Origin: Cyanobacteriota bacterium
GTDB taxonomy: Bacteria; Cyanobacteriota; Cyanobacteriia; PCC-6307; Cyanobiaceae
Reading direction: 5' to 3'
Length of the DNA stretch: 64,000 nucleotides
Assembly: GCA_046052125.1 (NCBI GenBank)
Contig: JBJOMY010000002.1
Location: 64,001 to 128,000, forward strand
Part shown: piece after piece, positions 1 through 11,602 of the stretch
How positions within the stretch are numbered: the stretch's first letter is position 1
How the letters are laid out: each line of letters begins with the position of its first letter
The notes under the pieces: model-generated
What the model saw: only the letters and a program-made list of their open reading frames with translations
What the model was told of the DNA's origin: nothing
The model's database searches: none
Position numbers and translations under genes: made by a program

Positions 1-1236
1 GCGCTCCTTCAGGCCCCGCAGGATCAGGGTGCTCTCCTCCAGGCCCGGCTCCTTGATCAACACCTGCTGGAAGCGGCGGTTGAGCGCCGGATCCTTTTCC
101 ACCGTGCGGCTGAACTCCTCGGGGGTGGTGGCACCGATGCAGCGCAGATCCCCCCGGGCCAGGGCCGGCTTGAGGATGCTGCCCGCATCGCTGCTGGAGC
201 GCTCCGGCCCCACCACCATGTGCAGCTCATCGATGAACAGGATCACGCCGGCCCCTTCGCCTTCGGCCTCGCGCACCTCCTTGAGCACGCTGCGCAGGCG
301 CTCCTCGAACTGCCCGCGGAACTTGGCACCGGCGATCAGGGCACCGAGATCCAGGCTGATCAGCCGCTGCCCCTTGAGCGCATCGGGCACCTCACCGGCC
401 ACGATCCGCTGGGCCAACAGCTCAGCGATCGCTGTTTTGCCCACGCCGGGTTCGCCGATCAGCACCGGATTGTTCTTGCCCCGGCGCGAGAGCACCTGCA
501 TCAAGCGACGGATCTCGGTGTCGCGGCCGATCACCGGATCCAGTTCGCCGGCGCGGGCGGCGGCGGTGAGATCGCGGCCGAACTGATCGAGGGCGCTGGG
601 TTCCTGCTCGAGCTTCAGCTCAGGAGGCGCAGGAGCGGGCGCCGGCTCCGGGGCGGGGCTGCGATCGATCCAGCTGTCGGCAGGTGGCGTGGGCCTGGGC
701 GCCGCAGGAGCAACCGGTGACACAGAAGGAACGGATGGCGCTGGGGCAGCGGCGGGCTGCTGCACAGCGCGCGGCTCCACACGCTGTTGGCGCAGCAGAA
801 GGTCTTCGCTCAGGCCCTGCTGTGCCAGCAAGGCACCACCCAGACGGGGTTCATCAAGCAGCGCCAGGAGCAGCTGGGGGAGATCGATCAGCCGCGCACC
901 AGCCGCCGCCCGGCGGCGCTCCGCCGCATCGAGAAGCTCCTCGAGCGCTTCACCCACGTAGAGCTCACGCCCCGAGCTGGTGGGCTGATCGGCGCAGAAA
1001 TCATCGAGCTGATCGAGCAGGCGATCGGGATCGATCGGCAGGGGATCGATCCAGCTGCCGTAGCGCGGATCGCTGAACAGCACCTGCAACAGATGCTCCA
1101 CGTCCATCTCCCCGTGGCGCCAGCGACGCGCCTGCTCCTGGGTGGAGAGCAGCAGATCCCAGGCTGCATCGCTGAAGCGATCCGGCTCGGCGGTGAGGCT
1201 GCCGCGGCTGGCGGACGACGGTGATTCAGGCCGCAT
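1..1236 (-). CDS. clpB: ClpB-family AAA+ chaperone, N-terminal part (runs off the window start)
   Basis: Manual minus-strand translation from ATG at 1236 (overlaps the gloA stop): [28 protein letters not shown]...[15 protein letters not shown] (Walker A)...ILFIDELH (Walker B)...[17 protein letters not shown]. Absent from the ORF track because no stop lies in the window. Confidence 0.92.
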   Translation of the reverse strand, partial: MRPESPSSASRGSLTAEPDRFSDAAWDLLLSTQEQARRWRHGEMDVEHLLQVLFSDPRYGSWIDPLPIDPDRLLDQLDDFCADQPTSSGRELYVGEALEELLDAAERRRAAAGARLIDLPQLLLALLDEPRLGGALLAQQGLSEDLLLRQQRVEPRAVQQPAAAPAPSVPSVSPVAPAAPRPTPPADSWIDRSPAPEPAPAPAPPELKLEQEPSALDQFGRDLTAAARAGELDPVIGRDTEIRRLMQVLSRRGKNNPVLIGEPGVGKTAIAELLAQRIVAGEVPDALKGQRLISLDLGALIAGAKFRGQFEERLRSVLKEVREAEGEGAGVILFIDELHMVVGPERSSSDAGSILKPALARGDLRCIGATTPEEFSRTVEKDPALNRRFQQVLIKEPGLEESTLILRGLKER

Positions 1237-1627
1237 GGGCGCGGGAGCTCAGCTCGATCAGTTCCACCTTGTAGCCATCGGGATCTTCCACAAAGGCGAT
1301 CACGGTGCTGCCGTTCTTCATCGGGCCCGGCTCACGCACCACCCGGCCACCCTTGGCGCGGATCTGATCGCACACGCCCACGATGTCGTCCACGCCGATG
1401 GCGATGTGCCCGTAGCCGCTGCCGATCTCGTAATCAGAGGTGTCCCAGTTGTGGGTGAGTTCGAGCACGGTGGTGTCGCTCTCCTCGCCATACCCCACAA
1501 ACGCGAGGGTGAAACGGCCGCCGGGGTAATCCTTACGGCGCAGCAGGCGCATCCCGAGCACCTCTGTATAGAAGGTGATCGATCGCTCCAGGTCGCCGAC
1601 CCGCAGCATCGTGTGGAGCAAGCGCAT
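1226..1627 (-). CDS. gloA: Lactoylglutathione lyase (glyoxalase I)
   Basis: [17 protein letters not shown]...LELTHNW...[11 protein letters not shown]...[11 protein letters not shown]. Confidence 0.96.
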   Translation of the reverse strand: MRLLHTMLRVGDLERSITFYTEVLGMRLLRRKDYPGGRFTLAFVGYGEESDTTVLELTHNWDTSDYEIGSGYGHIAIGVDDIVGVCDQIRAKGGRVVREPGPMKNGSTVIAFVEDPDGYKVELIELSSRAHAA

Positions 1628-1736
1628 GGCAGCAGCATCAGCCAGGCGCATTCTGGCGAGTGGTGCCAACGGTCACACAAGAGCAGACCAGGGCGACCCA
1701 TAGGATCGCCGTCAAGGACCACCGAGACACACCTAG

Positions 1737-3035
<1,299 letters not shown>

Positions 3036-3059
3036 TCACGGCGAGGCGGCTGAGCCGCC

Positions 3060-4727
3060 TCAGGATTGACCCAACTTGTCGATCCGGCCATCGCGGCGCA
3101 GCCGGGCCTGCAGCTTCAACCAGCTCAGGCTCACAGGCGCTGACAGCACAATTGGCACGGCCGTGAGCGCGGGCCGGGCGCTGGCGGCCAACAGCGCCGC
3201 CGACACCAACAACGCCGCCAGCAACATCGACTGACCCACGCTCTGCTGGCTCAGGGCAACGCGCCGCAGGAGGCGGTCGGTTTCGCCGGCGCGGATCTGC
3301 ACCTGCAGATCGCCCTGCTCAATGCGCGAGAGGCTTTCCTCCAAACGCTGCGGCAGGCCGAGGGCACGGCTGCCCACCTCCACGGCCTGGCGTCCCAGCT
3401 GATTGAACAGGTCGTTGGGGCCGTTGCCGGAAGCGCTCATCAGGGGCAGGAGATAGGGGCGGGCGATGGCCACGAGGCTAAAGCTGGGATCGAGGCTGCG
3501 GCCCACACCCTCGAAGGTGGAGAGGGCCCGCATCACGAAGATCAGCTCGGGTGGCAGGCGGAACGGCTGGCCATAGACCAGCTCATAGAGATCACCCGAA
3601 AGCTTCTCGAGCACGTTGGCGGAGAAGGGTGGCGTGAGCGCTTCGGTGAGCATCACTCGCACGAGCCGGCGCACAGGACCAGGGTCGATGTCGGCAGCGA
3701 TCACCCCGGCAGCCTGAAGCTCGTTCACCAGGCCCGCTGCATCCCTTGCCGCGGCCGAGGTCACCATCCGTCCCAGACGGCTGCGCAGGCGCTGCGACAG
3801 GCTGCCCACCATGCCGAAGTCGTAGTAGATCAGCGCCCCATCGCGGGCCACGGCCAGGTTGCCGGGGTGGGGATCAGCGTGGAAAAAGCCAAAGCGCACC
3901 AGCTGCTGGAGGTAGCTGGCGGCTCCTTTCTCGGCCACCGCGGCCGGGTCGATGCCGGCCTCGATCAGGGCCTCGCGGTCGTTGATCTTGATGCCCGGCA
4001 CGTAATCGAGGCAGAGCACGCGGCGGGTGGTGAGCTCCCACACCACCGCCGGAATGCGGATCCCGGGATCGTCGAGAAACTGCTGGCGGAAGCGGGCGGC
4101 GTGTTCGGCCTCCAAACGGAAATCGAGCTCCCGCAGCAACACGCGCCGGCATTCCTGGGCGATCGACACCCAATCGCGCCCCACGCCCCAGCTGGGGTGG
4201 CGCTGCAGCAGCGCCGCCACCTGCTGCATCACCTCGAGATCGAGGCGGAACAGTCGCTCCAGGCCGGGGCGCTGGATCTTGAACACCACCTGCCGGCCGC
4301 TGCGCAGGCTGGCGCGATGCACCTGAGCCAGGCTGGCGGCCCCGAGGGGTTCGGGATCGATGTCAATGATTTCGGCGCAGCGCTCCCCGAGCTCCTGCTC
4401 CAACAACGCCTGAGCCGTTTCAAAGGAGAAGGCGGGAACGCTGTCCTGCAGGCGGGCGAGCTCCTCCACCCAGCTAGCCGGCAACACATCCGGCCGAGCC
4501 GACAACAGCTGACCAAGCTTGATGAACGCCGATCCGAGCTCCAGCAGTTCAGCGGTGAGCCAACGGGCACGGCGCCGCTGGCGAGCAGCCCGCCGCTCAG
4601 CCGTGGCACCGCCGGGATAGCTCCAGCCTTTGCCGTCGAGCCAAAGCCACAGCAAAAGCTGCAGCACCGCACTCCAGATGCGAAGCACCCGGCCGGCGCT
4701 GCGCAAGCCCTGCACAACAGGGGGCAT
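3060..4727 (-). CDS. ABC1/UbiB (AarF) family atypical kinase
   Basis: FIKLGQLLSARPD, AASLAQVH, VFKIQRPG, FFHADPHPGN, YYDFGM. Confidence 0.93.
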   Translation of the reverse strand: MPPVVQGLRSAGRVLRIWSAVLQLLLWLWLDGKGWSYPGGATAERRAARQRRRARWLTAELLELGSAFIKLGQLLSARPDVLPASWVEELARLQDSVPAFSFETAQALLEQELGERCAEIIDIDPEPLGAASLAQVHRASLRSGRQVVFKIQRPGLERLFRLDLEVMQQVAALLQRHPSWGVGRDWVSIAQECRRVLLRELDFRLEAEHAARFRQQFLDDPGIRIPAVVWELTTRRVLCLDYVPGIKINDREALIEAGIDPAAVAEKGAASYLQQLVRFGFFHADPHPGNLAVARDGALIYYDFGMVGSLSQRLRSRLGRMVTSAAARDAAGLVNELQAAGVIAADIDPGPVRRLVRVMLTEALTPPFSANVLEKLSGDLYELVYGQPFRLPPELIFVMRALSTFEGVGRSLDPSFSLVAIARPYLLPLMSASGNGPNDLFNQLGRQAVEVGSRALGLPQRLEESLSRIEQGDLQVQIRAGETDRLLRRVALSQQSVGQSMLLAALLVSAALLAASARPALTAVPIVLSAPVSLSWLKLQARLRRDGRIDKLGQS

Positions 4728-5050
4728 CAGGCCTGATCCTCAAGACGGCGCGCCAGGCGTGCCACCTGGGCCCGCAACTGGTCGATCTGCTCCTGGGGAT
4801 CCGAGGGAGTTGGGGACTCAGCCCCAGGGCTCGAGTGGGCAGCGCTGGTTGGGCCCGCAGCCTCGCCGTGTTCAAGCCGCTGGGCCTCCAGTTCCACCTC
4901 CTCGCGGAAGAGGTCCCACTCCTGGCGAAGCCGCTCCGGTGCGTCCTGTGCGAGCACGGCGAAGCCGGCCGCTGCATCGGCCAGGCCGCTGCCCAAGCGC
5001 GCCGTCAGCCGGTTGAGTGCTGCCTGCACCAGGGTCTGGGGTGTGCTCAT
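4727..5050 (-). CDS. Conserved cyanobacterial hypothetical protein (coiled-coil)
   Basis: 107-aa ORF abutting the ABC1 gene; C-terminal QEQIDQLRAQVARL coiled coil. Confidence 0.75.
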   Translation of the reverse strand: MSTPQTLVQAALNRLTARLGSGLADAAAGFAVLAQDAPERLRQEWDLFREEVELEAQRLEHGEAAGPTSAAHSSPGAESPTPSDPQEQIDQLRAQVARLARRLEDQA

Positions 5051-5100
5051 GGCGGCCGACCGGGCCGAGGCCAGGCTTGATCTGCTGAAACTGTGGCAGA

Positions 5101-5535
5101 TCAGAGCGGAGGAGCGGGAGCGCTGGGCGGTGGGGCCACCGGCGGCAGCGGTGCAGGGTCGCTTGCGGCGGGCAACTGCGGCTTAGCCGGCGGATCGAGC
5201 TGGGGATCGATCGCATCCGAGCGATTGAGGGCGGCCTCTGCTTGCTTGGCCGCCTCGGCCCGCTGTTTGGCTTCCTGCTGCTGTTGGCGCTCGAGTTCCT
5301 GCAGCTCCAGATCACCGCGGATTTCCGCTTCGGCATCGCCAAAGCGCAGCCGCAAGCTCTCCAGGCTTGTGCCAGGGAACACCTGCACGTCAAACCCCGG
5401 ACCGAACCGGATCAGCTCGGTGACGTTGAGGCTGAGCAGGCGCTGGGTGACGCCGTAAGCCACCCCAAAACAGAGGCCCGCCACCAGGGGACCCTTCCAG
5501 ATCTCGCGCAGAGCCGGTTGCGACACCCGTGCCAT
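5101..5535 (-). CDS. Hypothetical membrane-anchored protein with Pro-rich tail
   Basis: ATG at 5535 (MARVSQP...), hydrophobic GPLVAGLCFGVAYGVTQRLL, then FPGTSLESLR and a Pro-rich C-terminus. Confidence 0.7.
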   Translation of the reverse strand: MARVSQPALREIWKGPLVAGLCFGVAYGVTQRLLSLNVTELIRFGPGFDVQVFPGTSLESLRLRFGDAEAEIRGDLELQELERQQQQEAKQRAEAAKQAEAALNRSDAIDPQLDPPAKPQLPAASDPAPLPPVAPPPSAPAPPL

Positions 5536-5704
5536 CCAGCGCCTACCAGGGAATCGAACTCTAAGCAGGGCGAACACAGCGCCCAGCAACCGGCAAACCA
5601 TGCAGCTTCTGCATAAACGCGCAGATCCCTTGACCTAACCGTGAACAACACAGACCACAGCCAACCGGAGCACCTACGGTCCAAGGGAGCTGCCGGAGCG
5701 GGTT

Positions 5705-6598
5705 GTGATCTCGGTGGATGGCCTGGCCGCCCTCGATCACCTCATCTGGTTGCGCACCGGTCAGCGCGCGGCAGAGGCGCTCGCTTGCACGCAGCCCACC
5801 GTGAGCCGCAACAGCCGCAAGTGCCTGGATGTGTTCGAACTGGAGCTGGAACGCAGCCGCGGCGAATGGCGACTTCTGGGTGACACCCAGCTGATCAAGC
5901 TTGAGCGCCTTGTGCATCAAAAGCAGCGCTGGGCCCGCAATCTCACACTGCGGCTTGAAGCGCAGCACTGGTCGGCGCCTGGGCTGGATGGACTTGAGCT
6001 GGCGAACTGGCAGCGCGGCAACTTCAACCAACTCGAGTACGAACAGCCGCTCGCGTTGCTCGAAGACGGAGTGATCGATGCCTGGATCTGCTCCGCTCCC
6101 GATGCTCCAGTGCGGCCAGGCCTCACGGGCCTACGCCTCACCACCATGCCGATGCACCTGATGGTGCCCCGCGGCCATCCCCTGGCCGAACGACGCAGCC
6201 CCATCGCCTGGGAGGAGTTGCTGCCTTATCCGGTGCTACCGCTGCCAAGCGGCAGCTTCCCGATCTTTGAAGCGGTGCTGCAGCGCTGCAGCTTGCTGCC
6301 GTGCCCTGAGCGCACTCAAGCCATCAAGGCCTCCGGCTGGTACGGGCAGAGACCCACCGAAGCGATGCTGATCGCCTACTCCTCACCGCTCACGCTGCAG
6401 CTCTATGGCGACGCCTGGGTGCGACTGCCCCAGAAGCTGCCGGTGGAGGTGGGCGATGTGTTGATGGTGCGCGAGGAGTTCAGCGATCACCCACGCACGC
6501 AACAACTGCTGCGCAAGCTTCTCGATCATCTGGCCGAGCTGGCTGCGCCCCACAGCGATGTGATGGTGCATCATGCACCGGCGGCTTACGTCGTGTAA
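5705..6598 (+). CDS. LysR-family transcriptional regulator
   Basis: N-terminal HTH RAAEALACTQPTVSR; substrate-binding-like LLEDGVIDAWI and LMVPRGHPLA; 297 aa. Confidence 0.85.
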   Translation: MISVDGLAALDHLIWLRTGQRAAEALACTQPTVSRNSRKCLDVFELELERSRGEWRLLGDTQLIKLERLVHQKQRWARNLTLRLEAQHWSAPGLDGLELANWQRGNFNQLEYEQPLALLEDGVIDAWICSAPDAPVRPGLTGLRLTTMPMHLMVPRGHPLAERRSPIAWEELLPYPVLPLPSGSFPIFEAVLQRCSLLPCPERTQAIKASGWYGQRPTEAMLIAYSSPLTLQLYGDAWVRLPQKLPVEVGDVLMVREEFSDHPRTQQLLRKLLDHLAELAAPHSDVMVHHAPAAYVV

Positions 6599-6605
6599 TC
6601 GGCGT
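6585..6605. repeat. Left copy of 21-bp direct repeat CTTACGTCGTGTAATCGGCGT (putative att core)
   Basis: Identical to 18076-18096. Confidence 0.93.
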
Positions 6606-6754
6606 CTTGCTCGCCCATCCCTCTGCGCCTGCCGCTGCAGAGCTTTGATGGCTTTACGGATCTCAGCGGCATAGTACCAACCGCTTCTGGACCACTGCTT
6701 GAGGATCCACCCACCTCACTGGAGGCAATTGGTCCTCTGATGTCAGGTCAGTGC

Positions 6755-7054
6755 TCAGTAGTTGTCCCCGTACTTGAGTCCAGAGGCGGCATCCATCAGT
6801 TCCACCGTGGTCTGATGCCCCTGCGCCACAGTCACCTCGTGCTGGATGCCGATGTCCCGCAGTGCCTTGATGTCGAACTCAGGCGCGGTGATCCAACTGA
6901 AACCCTTACCAAAGGTGTTGTCGGGATTCACCACATACCAATGGCAGGCAGTGTCGGGGACGGCGACAGAGCATTTGGTCCAGTCGTTATCCCACTGAGG
7001 CACCTGAACGAAGGAGAGGGCGGCGAATAGGAAACCAAACAGACTGGAGAACAT
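6755..7054 (-). CDS. Small exported hypothetical protein with a Cys pair
   Basis: Hydrophobic N-terminus MFSSLFGFLFAALSFVQVPQW; C-x8-C-HWY motif; 99 aa. Confidence 0.75.
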   Translation of the reverse strand: MFSSLFGFLFAALSFVQVPQWDNDWTKCSVAVPDTACHWYVVNPDNTFGKGFSWITAPEFDIKALRDIGIQHEVTVAQGHQTTVELMDAASGLKYGDNY

Positions 7055-7255
7055 GCCGCTTTTACATTTCTCAATATCCTAGGCGGTATCTGGGTTTTCC
7101 TTCGCCAATGGGTTGAACGGGCGTGTATCGGGCATCCCGATTTGCTTCCTCAGGATGGTTCTTTTGAGGGCGTCCCTGGAAGCATTGCCTGAGCGGTAAC
7201 TGCAGTGTCTGGCACTGGATTCTGGCTTGAGGACACTCGATGTACTGTGCGCTTG

Positions 7256-7497
7256 ATGGCAAAGCAAGTCCGTCTGACCCTCGCCAAGGCAAATCTGCGC
7301 CGTGCTGAGGCAGGGGAGAAATCCATCACCATGAACTCGTTGGCGACTCAGGCAGGGGTGGCGGCAACAACCATCACTCGCTTGGCAAGAACCGACGACA
7401 AGGCGGCATCAGCACTGTCACTAGACCTGGCATCCAAGATTGGACGGTGCTGGATTGTGAGATTGAAGATCTTCTGGAAGTAGTGGTAGCGGATTAG
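7256..7497 (+). pseudogene. Cro/C1 (Xre, HTH_26-like) regulator with an apparent 1-bp frameshift near 7441
   Basis: MAKQVRLTL...SITMNSLATQAGVAATTITRLAR HTH. The family-typical tail TVLDCEIEDLLEVVVAD* lies in another frame and ends at TAG 7495-7497. Confidence 0.75.
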
Positions 7498-8414
7498 TTC
7501 TCCAACTCCAGGAAGAAATCCTCATCCATTCTCCGGATCACGAATGTCTGCTTTGTTGAAACGCCGATGCCGTGTTTGAGCATCAGTTCAGACATTCTCT
7601 TACCATCAACAAGAATGATTCTGCGGTCAGTCAGTGTCTTGACGTATTCCTGGGCGGGTTGAGCAAATGTCGAGGTGGTCATAATCACACCTTTGGAAGC
7701 ACCAACCCCTGCAAGCGCACCCACAAAACCTTGAATAACGGGTCTCCCAACTGACCCCTCCCATCGCTTTGCCTGGATATAAATGCGATCAAGACCAAGG
7801 TGATCTTGGTTTACGACGCCATCGACGCCACCATCTGCACCACGGGCAACGCCTTGAACGTCTTCCATTGACCCGCCATATCCCATACCAACAAGCAGGC
7901 GCAACACCAACTGCTCAAATCCCTCAGGGGGCAACTGCTTGACTCGATCCAAGACCTCATCTTGAAGTTCACGTTGGATTCGCCTCACGCCCTTCTCAAT
8001 CTGTTCTTCTGGTGTCAGATCATCATCAATATCGCCTGATTCAATCAGATCTTGCTTGCCATTTCTGGTAGTCGAGATGAAGTCATTGAACTGCTCGTAA
8101 GACCGAAGGAACTCAGCGTCGATTGCGGCAGGCGGATTTGAGAGTAGATCTTTGCCGCTTTGACTGATGACATAAGTTGCTCGACGTGGGCGTTCGATCA
8201 ATCCTGCCTTAAACAGATAGGTTCGTGCCCACCCCATTCGATTATCAAAGGCAGTTTGTGTTCCACTGGGCAGGCGTTGACTCAACGCTTCAGCGCTCAG
8301 ACCAAGGTGATCTGCGACGGCATCCCGCATCTGATTGGTTGTGAGTTCGCTGCCACCACCCATCACCTTGAGGAGAGGAAGCATCAGAGTGTGATATTGA
8401 GGAATGCTGTTCAT
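7494..8414 (-). CDS. mrr: Mrr-family (type IV) restriction endonuclease
   Basis: Mrr_N (IPQYHTLMLPLL...FDNRMGWARTYLFKAGLIE) plus catalytic FEQLVLRLL..MGY, DGGVDG, IYIQAKRW; ATGA overlap with hsdR. Confidence 0.93.
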   Translation of the reverse strand: MNSIPQYHTLMLPLLKVMGGGSELTTNQMRDAVADHLGLSAEALSQRLPSGTQTAFDNRMGWARTYLFKAGLIERPRRATYVISQSGKDLLSNPPAAIDAEFLRSYEQFNDFISTTRNGKQDLIESGDIDDDLTPEEQIEKGVRRIQRELQDEVLDRVKQLPPEGFEQLVLRLLVGMGYGGSMEDVQGVARGADGGVDGVVNQDHLGLDRIYIQAKRWEGSVGRPVIQGFVGALAGVGASKGVIMTTSTFAQPAQEYVKTLTDRRIILVDGKRMSELMLKHGIGVSTKQTFVIRRMDEDFFLELEN

Positions 8415-11400
8415 TCGCCGACGCCTCCCAACTGACCGCCCATATTGCTTGTAAGTGCATGAGCGACAACCGCCTGAATCTTCTTGCCAAGATCCTCTCT
8501 CGACCACTCCTCAGAAATCATCTCGGTCTGCTGGAGCACCAACTCAATCGCTGCTGCTTCCTGATCAGGCGGATACTTGTAGCGTTTGAGCAGTGCCTTG
8601 ATCATCGTTCGCAGTCGTGCCCGAACGTTTTCCTTGTATTGCCAGTCGATGCTGAGGTTGCCTCTGAGTTTTTCTGCCAGTTCCCTTGCCATCTTCATCA
8701 GCACCTCATCACCCATCAGATCGTGTGCTGACTGGTTGTTCGCCAGGGCGTCGTAGAAGGCGACTTCGGCAACCGACAATCCCATTGCTTCGACTTTCTC
8801 CGCCTCATCACGGAACTGCTTTGCCATGGCAATCAGTTCCTCGATCACTTGTGCCGCCTCGATGGAGCGGTTGGCGTATTTGTTGAGAGACGCCTGGAGC
8901 AGTTCGCTGAACCGCTTCTGCTTGACCACGTTGGTCTTGAAGCGTGTCTGAACTTCCTCTGCCAGCAACCTCTGGAGCAGTTCAACCGCCAAGTTCTTCT
9001 GAGGGATCTTGCTGACTTCTGCCAGGAACTGATCCGACAGGATGCTGATGTCTGGTTTTTCAAGACCTGCCACCTTGAAGACATCAGTGATTCCATCTGC
9101 CACCAATGACTCAGAGAGCAGTTGGCGCAACTGAAAATCAACATTTTTAGGAGCAGATCCGTCGCCCCCTGCGTCATCGCCTTTGACTAGTGGTGCTCGG
9201 ATCGCCTGAAGGAAGGTCACCTCATCATTCAGTGCCATCGCTTCATCAGTCGTGCCGCACAAAGCAAATGCCTTAGTCATCGCCAGCACGGTGTCGCAAT
9301 ATCGCTTCTTCCCATCGGGCATCGCCAGGATGTGATCCAGGCAGTTGGGCAGCAGTGCCATTGCTGTCTTGGGATCCCTGAATCCACTCCAGTCGATGGG
9401 ATGCAGGAGGTCATGGGCAACCCGGAGTTTCTCCTTGAGGATCCTCAGCGCCTCACTGTTATCGATGGTGGGAGCACCCTTGCCCTTGGCAGCAGTGTAG
9501 GTCGCCAGTGCTTCTTTGAGTTGGGGGGCGATGCCGATGTAATCGACCACCAGACCGCCTGGTTTGTCTTTGAACACCCTGTTCACTCGGGCAATCGCCT
9601 GCGCCAGGTTTGCCCCCTTCATCGGTTTATCCACATACATCGTCGCCATACAGGGAGCGTCAAACCCCGTCAACCACATATCCCGCACCAGCACGATCTT
9701 GAGAGGATCAGCGGGATCCTTGAACCGTTTCTCCAGATCCTTCTTCTGCTGCTTGCTGGTGTGGTGAGGTTGGAGGTGGGATTCGTCTGATGCCGATGCC
9801 GTCATCACCACCTTGATGGCACCCTTCAAATGGTCGTCGTCGTGCCAGTTAGGGCGTAGGGCAACGATGGCGTCATAGAGGCGAGCACAGATATCCCTGC
9901 TCATCGCCACCACCATCGCTTTGCCTGGTTGGGTGCGTGAGCGTTGCTCGTAATGGGCAACCAGATCCGCTGCCACTTGCTTCAGGCGTGGTTCAGCACC
10001 CACGAGTGCTTCCAGTGCTGCCCACCTGCTCTTTGCCCGCTCAGCAGCAGGGATGTCGTCTTCATCAGCGAACAGGTCATCGACCTGTTCATCCACCTGC
10101 GGCAGCAGCGGTTCTTTGAGCGCCAGTTTTGCCAGGCGTGACTCGTAGTAGATCGGCACCGTGGCACCGTCTTCCACTGCCTGCTGGATGTCGTAGACGG
10201 AGACGTAGTGCCCGAAGACCGCCTGGGTGTCACGGTCGTCTTGGGAGATGGGCGTTCCCGTGAAGGCAAGGAAGGTCGCCTGGGGTAGAGCATCCCGCAA
10301 CGCCTTTGCTAACCCGTATTTGATCTCCCCTGTCTTGGTGTCGAAGCGACCCTTGAACCCGTATTGGGTGCGGTGTGCCTCGTCGCAGATCACCACGATG
10401 TTGTGGCGTTCGGTCAGGGCAGGGAACTTGTCTTCATCAGGTTCGGTAGCGAACTTCTGAATGGTGGTGAAGATGATGCCGCCACTGGGTCGGTTGGCGA
10501 GCAGATCCCTGAGTTCCTGGCGACTCTCTGCCTGCTTGGGGGATTCGCCCAGCAGGTCACCCGCCCCAGCAAAGACCCCGAACAGTTGCCCATCCAGGTC
10601 TTGACGGTCGGTGACCATCACCAGGGTGGGGTTCTCCAGGCGTGGATCGGTAAGCAACTTGCCCGCCAGACACGCCATCTCGATGCTCTTGCCAGCGCCC
10701 TGGGTGTGCCAGACCACCCCACCCTTCTTGTCACCATCAGGTCTGCTTGCTTCCACCACCCGCTCCACTGCTGCCCTGACGGCGTGGAACTGGTGGTAAG
10801 CAGCGATCTTCTTGATGATCTGCCCGTCTTCCTCAAACAGGCAGAAGGAGCGCACGAACTCCAGCAGTCGCCCCTGATCGAAGATGCCCCGCACCAGGGT
10901 CTCCAGATCACGGTGAGCACCCAGCGGATCGAGGTGGTTCTCGCCGTCGATGGTGCGCCAACGTTGGAACCGCTCCCGATCAGCACTCAGCGACCCCAAC
11001 CGTGCCTGGATACCATCGCTGATCACCAGCAGCACATTGGGCGTGAACAGGTCGGGGATGTCTTGCTTATAGGTCTGGAGTTGGTTGAACGCTGCCCAGA
11101 TGTCTGCCTTCTCATCGGCAGGGTTCTTCAGTTCGATCACCGCCAGCGGCAGACCGTTCACGTAGATCACGACATCAGGGCGGCGGTTGTGTTTGGTGCC
11201 CTGGATCGCCAACTGGTTCACCACCAACCAATCGTTGGAAGCAGGGTCATCGAATCCGATCACCTTGAGACGGATGCCCACCTGCTGGTTCCCATCCATA
11301 TAGGTGATGGGTAAACCCTGGGTCATCCAACGGTGGAAGTTGCGGTTGGATGCCAGCAGACCAGGCACGTTGGGGTTCGCCAGTTGGAGCACCGCTGATT

Positions 11401-11602
11401 CGATGGTGCTTGCTGGAACTTCAGGGTTGAGGCGTTGGAGTGCTGAGCGCAGACGCCCCGTGAGGATGACTTGCCTGAAGTCAGTGCGTTCTGGTGAGGC
11501 GCCGTCGCTGTCGAGTTGGGGCGCGAAGACGTGGGTGTATCCCAGTTCCTGGAACCACTCAAGGCACTGCTGCTCCAGATGGTCTTCTGTGATCAAGGCC
11601 AT
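8411..11602 (-). CDS. hsdR: Type I restriction enzyme R subunit
   Basis: PD-(D/E)xK motif RRPDVVIYVNGLPLAVIELKN; WHTQGAGKS; DEAHR; FTGTP; MWLTGFDAP; QAIARVNR. Confidence 0.97.
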   Translation of the reverse strand: MALITEDHLEQQCLEWFQELGYTHVFAPQLDSDGASPERTDFRQVILTGRLRSALQRLNPEVPASTIESAVLQLANPNVPGLLASNRNFHRWMTQGLPITYMDGNQQVGIRLKVIGFDDPASNDWLVVNQLAIQGTKHNRRPDVVIYVNGLPLAVIELKNPADEKADIWAAFNQLQTYKQDIPDLFTPNVLLVISDGIQARLGSLSADRERFQRWRTIDGENHLDPLGAHRDLETLVRGIFDQGRLLEFVRSFCLFEEDGQIIKKIAAYHQFHAVRAAVERVVEASRPDGDKKGGVVWHTQGAGKSIEMACLAGKLLTDPRLENPTLVMVTDRQDLDGQLFGVFAGAGDLLGESPKQAESRQELRDLLANRPSGGIIFTTIQKFATEPDEDKFPALTERHNIVVICDEAHRTQYGFKGRFDTKTGEIKYGLAKALRDALPQATFLAFTGTPISQDDRDTQAVFGHYVSVYDIQQAVEDGATVPIYYESRLAKLALKEPLLPQVDEQVDDLFADEDDIPAAERAKSRWAALEALVGAEPRLKQVAADLVAHYEQRSRTQPGKAMVVAMSRDICARLYDAIVALRPNWHDDDHLKGAIKVVMTASASDESHLQPHHTSKQQKKDLEKRFKDPADPLKIVLVRDMWLTGFDAPCMATMYVDKPMKGANLAQAIARVNRVFKDKPGGLVVDYIGIAPQLKEALATYTAAKGKGAPTIDNSEALRILKEKLRVAHDLLHPIDWSGFRDPKTAMALLPNCLDHILAMPDGKKRYCDTVLAMTKAFALCGTTDEAMALNDEVTFLQAIRAPLVKGDDAGGDGSAPKNVDFQLRQLLSESLVADGITDVFKVAGLEKPDISILSDQFLAEVSKIPQKNLAVELLQRLLAEEVQTRFKTNVVKQKRFSELLQASLNKYANRSIEAAQVIEELIAMAKQFRDEAEKVEAMGLSVAEVAFYDALANNQSAHDLMGDEVLMKMARELAEKLRGNLSIDWQYKENVRARLRTMIKALLKRYKYPPDQEAAAIELVLQQTEMISEEWSREDLGKKIQAVVAHALTSNMGGQLGGVGE

